Of a DNA stretch of 64,000 nt, positions 29,476 through 38,652 are shown piece by piece. Made by a program: the position numbers and the translations under genes. The stretch is from a virus, in IMG/VR virus record IMGVR_UViG_3300008267_000054, positions 32,001 to 96,000 of that record. One strand, written 5' to 3'. Under the pieces are notes generated by a model. The model was not told where the DNA came from and made no database searches. It saw only the letters and a list, made by a program, of their open reading frames with translations. Each line of letters starts with the position of its first letter. Position 1 is the first letter of the stretch.

Positions 29476-30339
29476 ATGAAAAAATCAACTCATTCCAAAA
29501 TAAAAAACACCGTAATTCTCTTTGAATTATTATCTAGGCAAATAGCAGCAGATACAATACAAGGAAAAGAAAATTCTCCTGCTATCAAGCTAATCAAGGA
29601 GTACTTCAATAGTACTACTTGCCTAGCAAAAGAGTTGACGCTATACCAATCCCTTATAAGTGAAAGCTACAAGTCAAAGGACAAGGCAAACTATCTAATC
29701 AACGCAGTTGTAAAAGCTAGAAAGGCTATTGACATTGAAAAGCTTAGAAGTGAGAAGTACAATCTAGTAAAGGAGATCAAAAAGCATTATGATCTAGAAG
29801 CTTTTTTCAAAACATCTCTAACAGACTATAAACTATATGCATCAATATACAGAATCTTTGAAGGAGCTGTTGCAGTTAATCCAAATGAGTTAGTTAATAG
29901 TCGATTCACTATCATAGAACACATTGTTGATAAAAAGAAGCTGAAAAGTGATGGTGACAAAACACAAAAGTTAATCAACGAATATACAAAGCAAGATGAA
30001 AGTGTTAGATTATTAGCATATCGTTTGCTTGTAGACAAGTTTAACGAGAAGTATAAAAACTTATCAGACAAACAAAAAAATGTACTGAAAGAGTATATTA
30101 ATAACGTGTCTAATACAGCTACATTAAAGACCTTTGTTGTTGAAGAAGCTGGCAACCTAAAAAAGACTTTATCAAAGCAAGCTACAGAGGTAAAGGATCA
30201 AGTAATAAGGATCAAATTAAAGGAAGTTGTTAGTTTGCTTGGAAAATATGAGAAGATGAAAGTGGTTAATGAAAACCACGTATTATCTTTGTTACTTTAT
30301 TATGAACTACATAAGGAATTGAAAAATGCTCACAAATAA
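29476..30339 (+). CDS. Helical protein of the head cluster
   Basis: Lies between portal and protease; function not recognisable. Confidence 0.55.
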   Translation: MKKSTHSKIKNTVILFELLSRQIAADTIQGKENSPAIKLIKEYFNSTTCLAKELTLYQSLISESYKSKDKANYLINAVVKARKAIDIEKLRSEKYNLVKEIKKHYDLEAFFKTSLTDYKLYASIYRIFEGAVAVNPNELVNSRFTIIEHIVDKKKLKSDGDKTQKLINEYTKQDESVRLLAYRLLVDKFNEKYKNLSDKQKNVLKEYINNVSNTATLKTFVVEEAGNLKKTLSKQATEVKDQVIRIKLKEVVSLLGKYEKMKVVNENHVLSLLLYYELHKELKNAHK

Positions 30340-31024
30340 AGACCTACAAGAAGTTAAAAGCTTTATCAAAAAGGTTAAGAAGATGAAGCGAGAAGGCAGC
30401 ACAACCGCAGGTGCTCCTGGCTACCTAACACCAAAAGCTTTTAGTGGAGAAGAGGGTGGAGAAGGTGCTAGCAATATAGATAAGATATCCCACGCAACAG
30501 GGTATGATATAAAAGCCAAAAAGACTAGAGTACATTCTATAGATTTGCATGAAGTCAGCTACAATGATTTCAAGAAAGATGAATCACGCAGTACAGTCAA
30601 GAAAGTTAATGAGTCTATAATTGAAATCAACAGAAAACTTAGAGAAATACAGAGACTACTAACACACTCTAGTAAACTAAAAACTGAAGCTAGCTTAGAT
30701 GACTCTAAATTGTGGAAACGTACAAATGAAGCACTTTTAAAGATATCAGATAGAATGTCTGAAATTGCTGATAAAACTAGACGTTTTGCAAATCTCAAAG
30801 AAATACAAACAAATGTTGGTTTAGAAAACATATTTAAAGCAGCAGGCCTAGATGCAGAAATTTTCAAAGATGCAGATGGATTGCATGTTGATGTTACTCA
30901 TTTTGGTGAACCGGTAGGCTTTGATGTTGAAGGAACTAAAATTATAGATGACAGAGGTAAAGTGTTGGGAGATATATCAGATACGGACATTGTAGACAAA
31001 TTGAAGCGTTATTTTAATGCATAA
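30326..31024 (+). CDS. Head-cluster protein, possibly prohead core
   Basis: Coiled-coil segment; candidate processing sites (DLHE/V, NLKE/I). Confidence 0.5.
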   Translation: MLTNKDLQEVKSFIKKVKKMKREGSTTAGAPGYLTPKAFSGEEGGEGASNIDKISHATGYDIKAKKTRVHSIDLHEVSYNDFKKDESRSTVKKVNESIIEINRKLREIQRLLTHSSKLKTEASLDDSKLWKRTNEALLKISDRMSEIADKTRRFANLKEIQTNVGLENIFKAAGLDAEIFKDADGLHVDVTHFGEPVGFDVEGTKIIDDRGKVLGDISDTDIVDKLKRYFNA

Positions 31025-31041
31025 CAATATTTATAAGAAAA

Positions 31042-31644
31042 ATGGAAAATAAAAGACTACTAGTTGATTTTGTTGGGTCTTTTGAGTTAACACCTCAACA
31101 GATCAACGAGTCTATGATGCAAAATGATGGTAAACTGATACTAAGTGGTATCATGCAGCGTTGTGATGCAATTAACCAAAACGGTAGAAAGTACCCAGTA
31201 GAAATTTTAAGAAGAGAGGCTGACAAATACAAAAATGTGTTTATTAAGGAGCGCAGAGCATTAGGTGAGTTAGATCATCCAGAAAGTCCTGTTGTTAACC
31301 TTAGCAACGTATCACATAACGTGTTAGACTTGTGGTGGGATGGTAACAACTTGATGGGTAAAATTGAGGTACTAGGAACACCATCTGGCAACATTGCTAG
31401 AGAATTATTAAAAGCTGGTATTCGTTTAGGAATATCATCTAGAGGTATGGGATCTGTTAAAGCAATTGGTGAGGGTAAAGTAGAGGTTCAAGATGATTTT
31501 GAAATCGTTTGTTGGGATCTTGTATCAAATCCAAGTACACAAGGAGCGTTTATGAACCAGTTAAATGAAGGTAAAGGTAGTTCATTACCAAACAAATATG
31601 GTAAGGTAAATGAGCTTATAAATGACATTATAACATTGATATAA
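31042..31644 (+). CDS. gp21: Prohead protease (T4 gp21-like)
   Basis: NQNGRKYP, ALGELDHP, VSH, GISSRGMGS and WDLVSNPS. Confidence 0.95.
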   Translation: MENKRLLVDFVGSFELTPQQINESMMQNDGKLILSGIMQRCDAINQNGRKYPVEILRREADKYKNVFIKERRALGELDHPESPVVNLSNVSHNVLDLWWDGNNLMGKIEVLGTPSGNIARELLKAGIRLGISSRGMGSVKAIGEGKVEVQDDFEIVCWDLVSNPSTQGAFMNQLNEGKGSSLPNKYGKVNELINDIITLI

Positions 31645-31646
31645 CA

Positions 31647-32012
31647 ATGAAATTAAAAAACATACTCGACGAAAACTTTGGCAATCCTAAAAAGACGTCT
31701 GTAAACGAAAAAACAGCTTTCCTTGAGGAAGTGAAAAAATTTAATGAGTACGGATCTGTTATTTACAGAACGGAAGATTTAAAAAAAGTTGCAGAAGCAA
31801 TCACACAATTAGCAGAGAGAGCTGAAATGATTACGCTTCAGGAGACTGAAGATTGGTTTGATGAGGTGACGGTAAAAAAGAACATGCGTGGCATGAAACA
31901 GAATGTTAAGGAGTTTAACAGATCTGTAGCCGAAATTTCCAAACTACAACAGAGACTAGAATCTATTTACGAAGAAATTGGACACACACTTGGAAGATAT
32001 TATGAACTCTAA
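31647..32012 (+). CDS. Head-cluster coiled-coil protein with an MKLKNILDE leader
   Basis: ORF between protease and scaffold. Confidence 0.6.
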   Translation: MKLKNILDENFGNPKKTSVNEKTAFLEEVKKFNEYGSVIYRTEDLKKVAEAITQLAERAEMITLQETEDWFDEVTVKKNMRGMKQNVKEFNRSVAEISKLQQRLESIYEEIGHTLGRYYEL

Positions 32013-32190
32013 GATCAACGAACTAAGAAATTTAATTCGCAAAGAGATTAAAAAAGCTCTTAGTGAAGATCTTGGCACAGATATTAAAAAGGCTAAAGAT
32101 GTCAAAATGCAAGCGATAAAGAAGCTAGCTGATCTAGAAAAGAAGAAGGCAGACATCGATGTTAAAAACGCACAAAAAGGTATATCATAA
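32002..32190 (+). CDS. Small basic protein with an LRNLIRKEIKKALSE motif
   Basis: ATG at 32002 preferred; coupled to both neighbours. Confidence 0.55.
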   Translation: MNSKINELRNLIRKEIKKALSEDLGTDIKKAKDVKMQAIKKLADLEKKKADIDVKNAQKGIS

Positions 32191-32570
32191 TGAAACTAGT
32201 ATCACTACTACCTCTAAATCTTAGAGAAGCTGAAAAAGAAGCAAAAGACGAAAAACCGGCAGATGATGCAGAAGGTGGTGATGAAAATCCATTTGCTGCT
32301 GCGGATGATTCAAATAAAGATGCTGGAGAGGAAAGTGAAAAAGATGCAGCTGCGGATACTGGAGAAGAGGCTGAAGAGGGTGGTGATGCAAAATCAAGCG
32401 AAGAAGCAAAACCATTAGACATTGTGTTTAATCCAACAAGAGTGAGAAAGTACAATGATGTTAAGTTCAAAGACAATAAAGGTAGTGTTGTATCCATATC
32501 ACGATTCGGTTTAACTGTTAAATTACCAGACGAAACTACTGTTTTTGTTAATTTTGAAGATATTTTATAA
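32190..32570 (+). CDS. Acidic head-cluster protein with an MKLVSLLPLNLRE leader
   Basis: Acidic linker plus a small beta-rich C-terminal domain. Confidence 0.6.
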   Translation: MKLVSLLPLNLREAEKEAKDEKPADDAEGGDENPFAAADDSNKDAGEESEKDAAADTGEEAEEGGDAKSSEEAKPLDIVFNPTRVRKYNDVKFKDNKGSVVSISRFGLTVKLPDETTVFVNFEDIL

Positions 32571-32604
32571 TTTTTTCTTGTAAAAAAACTTATTTTTATT
32601 TTTT

Positions 32605-32701
32605 GTCTATATTTATAGACGAATACGCTATTTCCTAATATAGCGTTTTTTATATCAAAGCTATTGTGGCTCAAATAGCCATAGAAATCACAAAAAGTAT
32701 T
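32605..32701 (+). promoter_or_regulatory. TATTTATA motif and structured leader of the scaffold/capsid operon
   Basis: Motif at 32610; ACGCTAT/ATAGCGT hairpin with a T run; second GCTATT/AATAGC hairpin. Confidence 0.55.
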
Positions 32702-33745
32702 ATGAACAAATTATTAAAAGACGCTATTGCGGACGCAAAAGCTGTGCGTGAAACAGCATTGGCTCAAGCTAAGTTAGCTCTTGAAGAAGCATTTGCTCCT
32801 AAACTTCAATCAATGCTTTCCAACAAAATTAAGGAAGAGATGGAAGAAGAAGAGCCTAAAATGGATGCTTCAACAGAAGACGAAGCTATGAGAATGAAAG
32901 AACTTGCTGGTCTAGCAGAAAAGGGTGATGAAGACATGACTGGAGACGACGAAATGTCCATGGATATGGATATGGGCGGCGAAGAAGGTGGTGAAGAATC
33001 CTTTGATGACATGGGCGGTGAAGACGAAATGGGTGGAGATGAATTTTCTGGTGGTGACGAAGAAATGGGCGGAGAGGAAGAGTTTTCTGATGAAGACGAT
33101 GACCTTGAAGAAATTTTACGTCAGCTTGAAGAAGAAGAGACTTCATCTGATGAGGAAGATTCCTCAATGATGGAAATGTCCGATGATTCTGAAAAGAAGG
33201 ATGAAATGGATGAAGAAATTAATCTTGACGAACTTATCCAAGCTCTTAAAGAGGGTGAAGATGAGGAAGAAAAAGAGGAAATGGACGAAGTTGCTGGTGA
33301 CGAAGAGTACAAAAAATCTTCTGATCAAGCGATGGATGCCAACAAAGGTAGTCATGGTGATGTTGTAGAGATGAAGAAGAAAATGAAAAAGATGGAAGGA
33401 GAAATTAACGAAGCTTATGGAGCTGTTAAGTTTCTTCGTGAAAAGCTGTCTGAAGTAAATCTTCTTAATGCTAAATTGTTATACGTTAACAAGCTGTTTA
33501 GAAAGAATGGACTTTCTGAGTCACAAAAAGTTAAGATTATCGAAACTTTTGATCGTGCTAAGAATGTGCGTGAAGCTAAACTTATCTACGCAACATTGTC
33601 TGAGTCCTTCGTAGCTCCGACAAAAACAAAAAAACCTGTAGTTGAAAACTTCGCTTCCGCTCCTGTTAAGAAGACTGAAGTTATTGCTGAAGGTAACGAA
33701 CAAATGAACAGATTCAAAACATTAGCAGGAATCATTAAATCTTAA
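32702..33745 (+). CDS. Prohead scaffold/core protein (T4 gp22-like role)
   Basis: ATG at 32702. Very acidic centre with helical ends; immediately upstream of the major capsid gene. Confidence 0.8.
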   Translation: MNKLLKDAIADAKAVRETALAQAKLALEEAFAPKLQSMLSNKIKEEMEEEEPKMDASTEDEAMRMKELAGLAEKGDEDMTGDDEMSMDMDMGGEEGGEESFDDMGGEDEMGGDEFSGGDEEMGGEEEFSDEDDDLEEILRQLEEEETSSDEEDSSMMEMSDDSEKKDEMDEEINLDELIQALKEGEDEEEKEEMDEVAGDEEYKKSSDQAMDANKGSHGDVVEMKKKMKKMEGEINEAYGAVKFLREKLSEVNLLNAKLLYVNKLFRKNGLSESQKVKIIETFDRAKNVREAKLIYATLSESFVAPTKTKKPVVENFASAPVKKTEVIAEGNEQMNRFKTLAGIIKS

Positions 33746-33750
33746 TAAAC

Positions 33751-35355
33751 ATGAACTTATTCGAAAACGTAGAAGGCTATAATAGAGCCGATGAAATCAA
33801 ACCACTTATTAACAAGTGGTCGAAGACTGGCCTTCTTGAGGGTTTGAGCACTCAGTACAAAGCTACTGTTGCTTCAATGCTTGAGAACCAGGCAAAACAA
33901 TTAATTAAAGAAGGTTCAGCTACAACAGCTGGAACATCCGGAACTGGATACGAACAGTGGACTGGTGTAGCATTACCGTTAGTACGACGTGTATTTGCTC
34001 AGATCGCTGCTAAAGAATTCGTTTCTGTACAGCCGATGAACTTACCTTCAGGTCTTGTATTCTATCTTGATTACAAGTATGCTACTGACAAGAATCCATT
34101 TGGATTTGCTCCAACTGAGAAAAACCAAACTGGTACACTTCAAGGTATCACTTCAACTATTGGTGTTGATGCATCTGATGGTTTGTATGGTGCTGGTGCT
34201 TTTGGTTACTCTGTAAACACTAAGAGTGGTAGTGCAGCTGTGTCAGCAACAACTGCTTCTGCAGCTGCTTCTGATGTTAATTATGATGGTGCTTACACAG
34301 CATCGGTTGATACACGTTGGAAAACAGTAGCAATTCCAACATCATCTGCAACTGATCTTGATACTTTAGCTGTACGTTCATTCGTACCTAAGTCAGGTTC
34401 AACCATTCTTGAGCCAGGTCAATATGTACCAGCATTTACTCGTATTTCTGGTGGTAATGTGTTATTCGTTGTAACAGCATCTGTAACCTTGAACATGACT
34501 GCAGGTTACAACTTCTTGTACTCAGTACAACCTACAAACGATGCTCGTGGAGATTTCGAAGCTAAGCCAGTTAGTTCTACTAACCGTAACGTTGATACAG
34601 ACCTTAGCATTCCAGAAATTGAATTGCAAATGCGCTCTATCGCGTTAACTGCTAAGACACGTAAGTTGAAAGCAAGCTGGACTCCAGAATTTGCTCAAGA
34701 CTTGAACGCATATCACTCAATCGACGCTGAAGCTGAATTGACTTCAATGTTGTCTGAGTATGTGTCAATGGAAATTGATCTTGAAATTCTTGATATGCTT
34801 ATTAGCCAAGCTGCAACAACTGCATATTGGTCTGCTAAAGTTGGTCAAGAGTGGAATGGTTCAAGCTTCGCTACTAGCCAATTCACTGGTACAGCTTACG
34901 TACAAGGTACTTGGTTCAGCACACTTGGCACTCAACTGCAAAAGGTATCTAACGAGATTCACCGTAAGACCTTACGTGGTGGTGCTAACTTCTTAGTATG
35001 TTCTCCAACTGTAGCTACAATCCTTGAGTCAATCCCAGGATATGCTGCTGATGGTGATGGTACTAAGATGACTTATAACATGGGTGTACAAAAAGTTGGT
35101 TCATTAACTGGCCGCTACACTGTGTATAAGAACCCTTACATGACTGAGAACACAATCTTGATGGGATTCCGTGGTAACCAGTTCCTTGAAACAGGTGCTG
35201 TGTACGCTCCGTACATTCCGTTAATGTTGACTCCGCTTGTATACGATCCGAATAACTTCACGCCAAGACGTGGTGTGATGACTCGCTATGCGAAGATCGT
35301 TACTCGTCCTGAGTTCTACGGTAAGGTTCTTGTTGCTGACCTAAACACTATCTAA
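33751..35355 (+). CDS. gp23: Major capsid protein (T4 gp23-like)
   Basis: KWSKTGLLEG, LENQ, PLVRRVF, VQPMNLPSGLVFY, RKLKASWTPEFAQDL, YAPYIPL and GVMTRY; high-expression codon bias. Confidence 0.96.
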   Translation: MNLFENVEGYNRADEIKPLINKWSKTGLLEGLSTQYKATVASMLENQAKQLIKEGSATTAGTSGTGYEQWTGVALPLVRRVFAQIAAKEFVSVQPMNLPSGLVFYLDYKYATDKNPFGFAPTEKNQTGTLQGITSTIGVDASDGLYGAGAFGYSVNTKSGSAAVSATTASAAASDVNYDGAYTASVDTRWKTVAIPTSSATDLDTLAVRSFVPKSGSTILEPGQYVPAFTRISGGNVLFVVTASVTLNMTAGYNFLYSVQPTNDARGDFEAKPVSSTNRNVDTDLSIPEIELQMRSIALTAKTRKLKASWTPEFAQDLNAYHSIDAEAELTSMLSEYVSMEIDLEILDMLISQAATTAYWSAKVGQEWNGSSFATSQFTGTAYVQGTWFSTLGTQLQKVSNEIHRKTLRGGANFLVCSPTVATILESIPGYAADGDGTKMTYNMGVQKVGSLTGRYTVYKNPYMTENTILMGFRGNQFLETGAVYAPYIPLMLTPLVYDPNNFTPRRGVMTRYAKIVTRPEFYGKVLVADLNTI

Positions 35356-35371
35356 TCAATAGTTAAGCAAT

Positions 35372-35409
35372 AAAAGGAAAGCCCCTCTTTGGAGGGGCTT
35401 TTCTGTTTT
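35372..35409. terminator. Intrinsic terminator, probably bidirectional
   Basis: AAAGCCCCTC-tttg-GAGGGGCTTT with A-rich and T-rich flanks, between convergent genes. Confidence 0.85.
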
Positions 35410-35423
35410 GACAGGGTAGGGGT

Positions 35424-35603
35424 TTATTTTAATTTAGTACGTACATTAACCTGGTTAACAACATTACTAGATGGACTTTGGACTCCTTGAAATCCATTTT
35501 GTTTAATACCATTAAACTGTGTGTGATGATTGAATGGTTTTTGTGTCAAACTAGGTCTATTGACTAGGTTGGCAAGTTTTGAGTGATGTGAGTGTGATTC
35601 CAT
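35424..35603 (-). CDS. 59-aa minus-strand protein (MESHSHHSKLANLVNRP...VRTKLK), missing from the ORF track
   Basis: Fills the gap between capsid and phoH, has TATTTATT 9 nt upstream on the minus strand and ends at the shared terminator. Confidence 0.6.
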   Translation of the reverse strand: MESHSHHSKLANLVNRPSLTQKPFNHHTQFNGIKQNGFQGVQSPSSNVVNQVNVRTKLK

Positions 35604-35657
35604 GATTTTTCTAATAAATAGTAACTGTCGAACTATTTATATAAAAAACATTGTTCT

Positions 35658-36335
35658 ATGGAAGAGTTGCAAAATGAGTTTCCCAAGAAGAAACCAAAAA
35701 ATCCGATCAAGTTCTTAATTTCTTTAAACGAGGAACAAAAACAAGCAAAAGCAATAATCCTAGCAAGTACAATTACAGTCCTGCGTGGTTCTGCTGGAAG
35801 TGGTAAGAGTATGGTTGCTGCTAATGTCGCGTTAGATATGTTGTTTAGAAAAGAGGTGGAGAGAATTATTTTAACAAGACCAGCAGTAACATCCGGTGAA
35901 GAGATTGGTTTCTTACCTGGAGACAAAGATGCAAAGTTAGCACCGTATACTGCAGCAATCTATGACAATATGTATCGTCTATACAAGAAGGAGTTAATCG
36001 ACAAACATATACAAGAAGGTTCGATAGAAGTTATACCACTTGGTTTTATGAGAGGTAGAAATTTATCAAACTGCTGTGTAGTTGTAGATGAAGCTCAAAA
36101 TATAACAGATAGACAGATGGAGTTGGTTCTTGGTCGTTTGTGTAAAGGTAGTAAGATGTTGTTGTGTGGAGATGCAGCACAGATTGACTTAAAAGACAGA
36201 AAGATGTCAGGATTTGACTTCATATGTAAACATTTAAAAGATGTACCAGGTTTTAGTGTTGTTACGTTGAAAACTAATCATAGACATGAAATCGTAGAAC
36301 CAATTATTAAAATCTACGATGAATATAGAACGTAA
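35658..36335 (+). CDS. phoH: PhoH-family ATPase
   Basis: GSAGSGKS, TRPAV, GFLPGD, FMRGRN, DEAQN and GDAAQID. Confidence 0.93.
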   Translation: MEELQNEFPKKKPKNPIKFLISLNEEQKQAKAIILASTITVLRGSAGSGKSMVAANVALDMLFRKEVERIILTRPAVTSGEEIGFLPGDKDAKLAPYTAAIYDNMYRLYKKELIDKHIQEGSIEVIPLGFMRGRNLSNCCVVVDEAQNITDRQMELVLGRLCKGSKMLLCGDAAQIDLKDRKMSGFDFICKHLKDVPGFSVVTLKTNHRHEIVEPIIKIYDEYRT

Positions 36336-36349
36336 TATTTATACAAAAA

Positions 36350-36736
36350 ATGGCAGCAGGTAAATACTCTTTTGTTATTGAACAAGGGTCAACATTAAAC
36401 TTTGAAATTCAGTATAAGGATTCAACTGGAACACCCATCGATTTATCAGGGTATTCCGGTAAAATGCAAATACGTTCAGATTACGCAGACAATAGTCCAA
36501 CAACATATGCTACATTATCTAGTTCACTAGCTGCCGATGGTACTGGTTTAAATTTTAGTGGATCTAATGGAAGTACACCTTTATCATCAGGATCAATAGG
36601 AATTATTATATCAGCAGCGTCTAGTTCAGCATTTACTTTTAACGAAGCTAAATACGATTTAGAACTAACTAATGGTGCTGTAGTTACCAGAATACTTGAA
36701 GGTAATGTTAAACTTAGCAAGGAGGTAACAAGATGA
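36350..36736 (+). CDS. Ig-like virion adaptor protein (BppU-like)
   Basis: IEQGSTL...PIDLSGYSGKMQIR...YDLEL...RILEG pattern typical of fibre-attachment domains. Confidence 0.55.
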   Translation: MAAGKYSFVIEQGSTLNFEIQYKDSTGTPIDLSGYSGKMQIRSDYADNSPTTYATLSSSLAADGTGLNFSGSNGSTPLSSGSIGIIISAASSSAFTFNEAKYDLELTNGAVVTRILEGNVKLSKEVTR

Positions 36737-37488
36737 GCAACACAGTAACTGTAAACCAAAATACTACCACCGTAGTTACTATAGCAGCTCAAGGACCACA
36801 AGGTATACAAGGACCATCAGGCTCACAAGGAACTGGATTTAATTCAGGTTCGTATACTACAACGTCCTCGTTTAATTCCTTTACTAGTTCATATCAAACA
36901 GATAGCTCATCTTTCAATACTAAAATCACAAGCCTAACTTCTGCTACAAGCTCATATGTTCAAAATTCTCAAACATCAAGCTTTGTAACTAATTCAAGTA
37001 CCGGATCCTTTGCTGTAACTGGTTCAAATACATTTATAGGAAATCAAACCATATCAGGTAGTCTAGCCATATCAGGAAGCGTAACAGCAGATAATTTATG
37101 GTATAGATATACATTAATAAATCTTCCATTAAATACAGCGGGTACCTATACAATTGTGCCTGTAACACCTGGATATAAATTTGTACAAGCATATTATGTA
37201 TTATCATCAGTTCATATCCCAATTAATACCTCAATTGAAAATAATAGTAACTCATCAGTTACTATTTCAAATCCTATAAAGTTAGGTACACCAAGTGTTG
37301 ATTCTGCAATTTGGAAATTTGATGGTGGTACTTTAGGAGCAAATGAAGTATATAGTAAATGGAGTACAATAGGAAGCAATGTAATGATTGATATTAGTAC
37401 AGATCCTATTATAGTTACTATAGATGGATTTGGTAGTGATACAGGTGTAATAGATGTAACAGTAACTGGATATCTTAAAAAGATCTAA
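36733..37488 (+). CDS. Short fibre/whisker-like protein
   Basis: Short collagen-like GPQGIQGPSG; TGSNTFIGNQTISGS fibre repeat. Confidence 0.55.
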   Translation: MSNTVTVNQNTTTVVTIAAQGPQGIQGPSGSQGTGFNSGSYTTTSSFNSFTSSYQTDSSSFNTKITSLTSATSSYVQNSQTSSFVTNSSTGSFAVTGSNTFIGNQTISGSLAISGSVTADNLWYRYTLINLPLNTAGTYTIVPVTPGYKFVQAYYVLSSVHIPINTSIENNSNSSVTISNPIKLGTPSVDSAIWKFDGGTLGANEVYSKWSTIGSNVMIDISTDPIIVTIDGFGSDTGVIDVTVTGYLKKI

Positions 37489-37511
37489 TATTTATAACAA
37501 ATACACAACCC

Positions 37512-38651
37512 ATGAACATACCAATTTGGCCAGGATCTAGTTCATTTTACCCAGGCAAAACACCATTTGGTTTCTATGATGATGACTACTACTTTCAGCT
37601 AGATGCTGATAAAGTAGCAGATTGGTGTGCTAATAAATTAGGCTATCCTATCATGGAAGTTGAAATGCAAGACAAAAATTTCTATGCATGTTTTGAAGAA
37701 GCAGTTACAGAGTTTAGTAATCAAGTAAATATGTACAATGCAAGAGATTATATGCTTGCATTGCAAGGTGCATCAACTAGTTCAAATTTAAGTGGTAGAG
37801 TTGTATCTACAAATTTAGGTAGAACTATTGATCTTGCAAAGAATTATGGAGCAGAGGCAGGTAGTGGAGGAAATGTAACATGGAAAACAGGTTCCATACA
37901 ATTACAAGCAGGCGTACAAGATTATGATTTAGATGTATTGTGGACTAATGTTCACGAAAATGGAAATCATATTGAAATTAAAACGATATACCACGAATTT
38001 AGTCCAGCAATCGTACGATACTTTGATCCATATGTTGGAACTGGTGCAGGTACACAACAGCTTTTAGATTCTTTTGGATGGGGATCTTATTCACCATCAG
38101 TTAGTTTTTTGGTAATGCCACTTTATGCTGACTTGCTCAGAATTCAAGCTATTGAAATGAATGACCAGATTAGGAAGTCTGCTTATACGTTTGAAATCAG
38201 AAACAATAAATTAAGAATATTTCCAATACCTGGAAATGATGTGACATTACATTTTAGGTACATTGTAACAGAAGAGCGTTCCAATCCACTAAAAGGAGAT
38301 GCTGGAGTAATATCAGATATATCAAATATACCATACAATAGATTGGAATATAGATATGTATCGCCTTTGGGTAAAGGGTGGATCTACAAATACACACTTG
38401 CACTAACAAAAGAGCTTCTTGGCTTAATTAGAAACAAATATAGTGCAGTACCAATACCAGGTGCAGAAGTAACACTTAATGGTTCAGATCTTGTATCACA
38501 GGGTCGTGAGGACAGAACCAACTTGATAACAGAACTAAAAGAAACACTCGAAGTTTTAACAAGAAAAGGACAAATGGAGCAAGAGCAGGCAATTGCAACG
38601 GCTATGAATTACCAACTGTCAAAAGTTCCATTAACTATATACATTAAATAA
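37512..38651 (+). CDS. Neck protein (T4 gp13-like)
   Basis: KLGYPIMEVE, WIYKYTLALTKELLG..R.KY and PGAEVTLNG; position after the head genes. Confidence 0.8.
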   Translation: MNIPIWPGSSSFYPGKTPFGFYDDDYYFQLDADKVADWCANKLGYPIMEVEMQDKNFYACFEEAVTEFSNQVNMYNARDYMLALQGASTSSNLSGRVVSTNLGRTIDLAKNYGAEAGSGGNVTWKTGSIQLQAGVQDYDLDVLWTNVHENGNHIEIKTIYHEFSPAIVRYFDPYVGTGAGTQQLLDSFGWGSYSPSVSFLVMPLYADLLRIQAIEMNDQIRKSAYTFEIRNNKLRIFPIPGNDVTLHFRYIVTEERSNPLKGDAGVISDISNIPYNRLEYRYVSPLGKGWIYKYTLALTKELLGLIRNKYSAVPIPGAEVTLNGSDLVSQGREDRTNLITELKETLEVLTRKGQMEQEQAIATAMNYQLSKVPLTIYIK

Positions 38652-38652
38652 T

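Noticed and set aside
32860-33400. GAA/GAT-rich quasi-repeats (ATGGGCGG units) as a repeat array or CRISPR
   Set aside because: They are explained by the acidic low-complexity scaffold protein; there is no constant repeat with unique spacers.
26030-35355. Introns or inteins in terminase, portal or capsid genes
   Set aside because: The ORFs are continuous and of ordinary length, with no intein or homing-endonuclease motifs.
35356-35657. tRNA or large ncRNA in the longest apparent intergenic gap
   Set aside because: No cloverleaf or T-loop consensus; the gap is explained by a terminator and a small minus-strand ORF.
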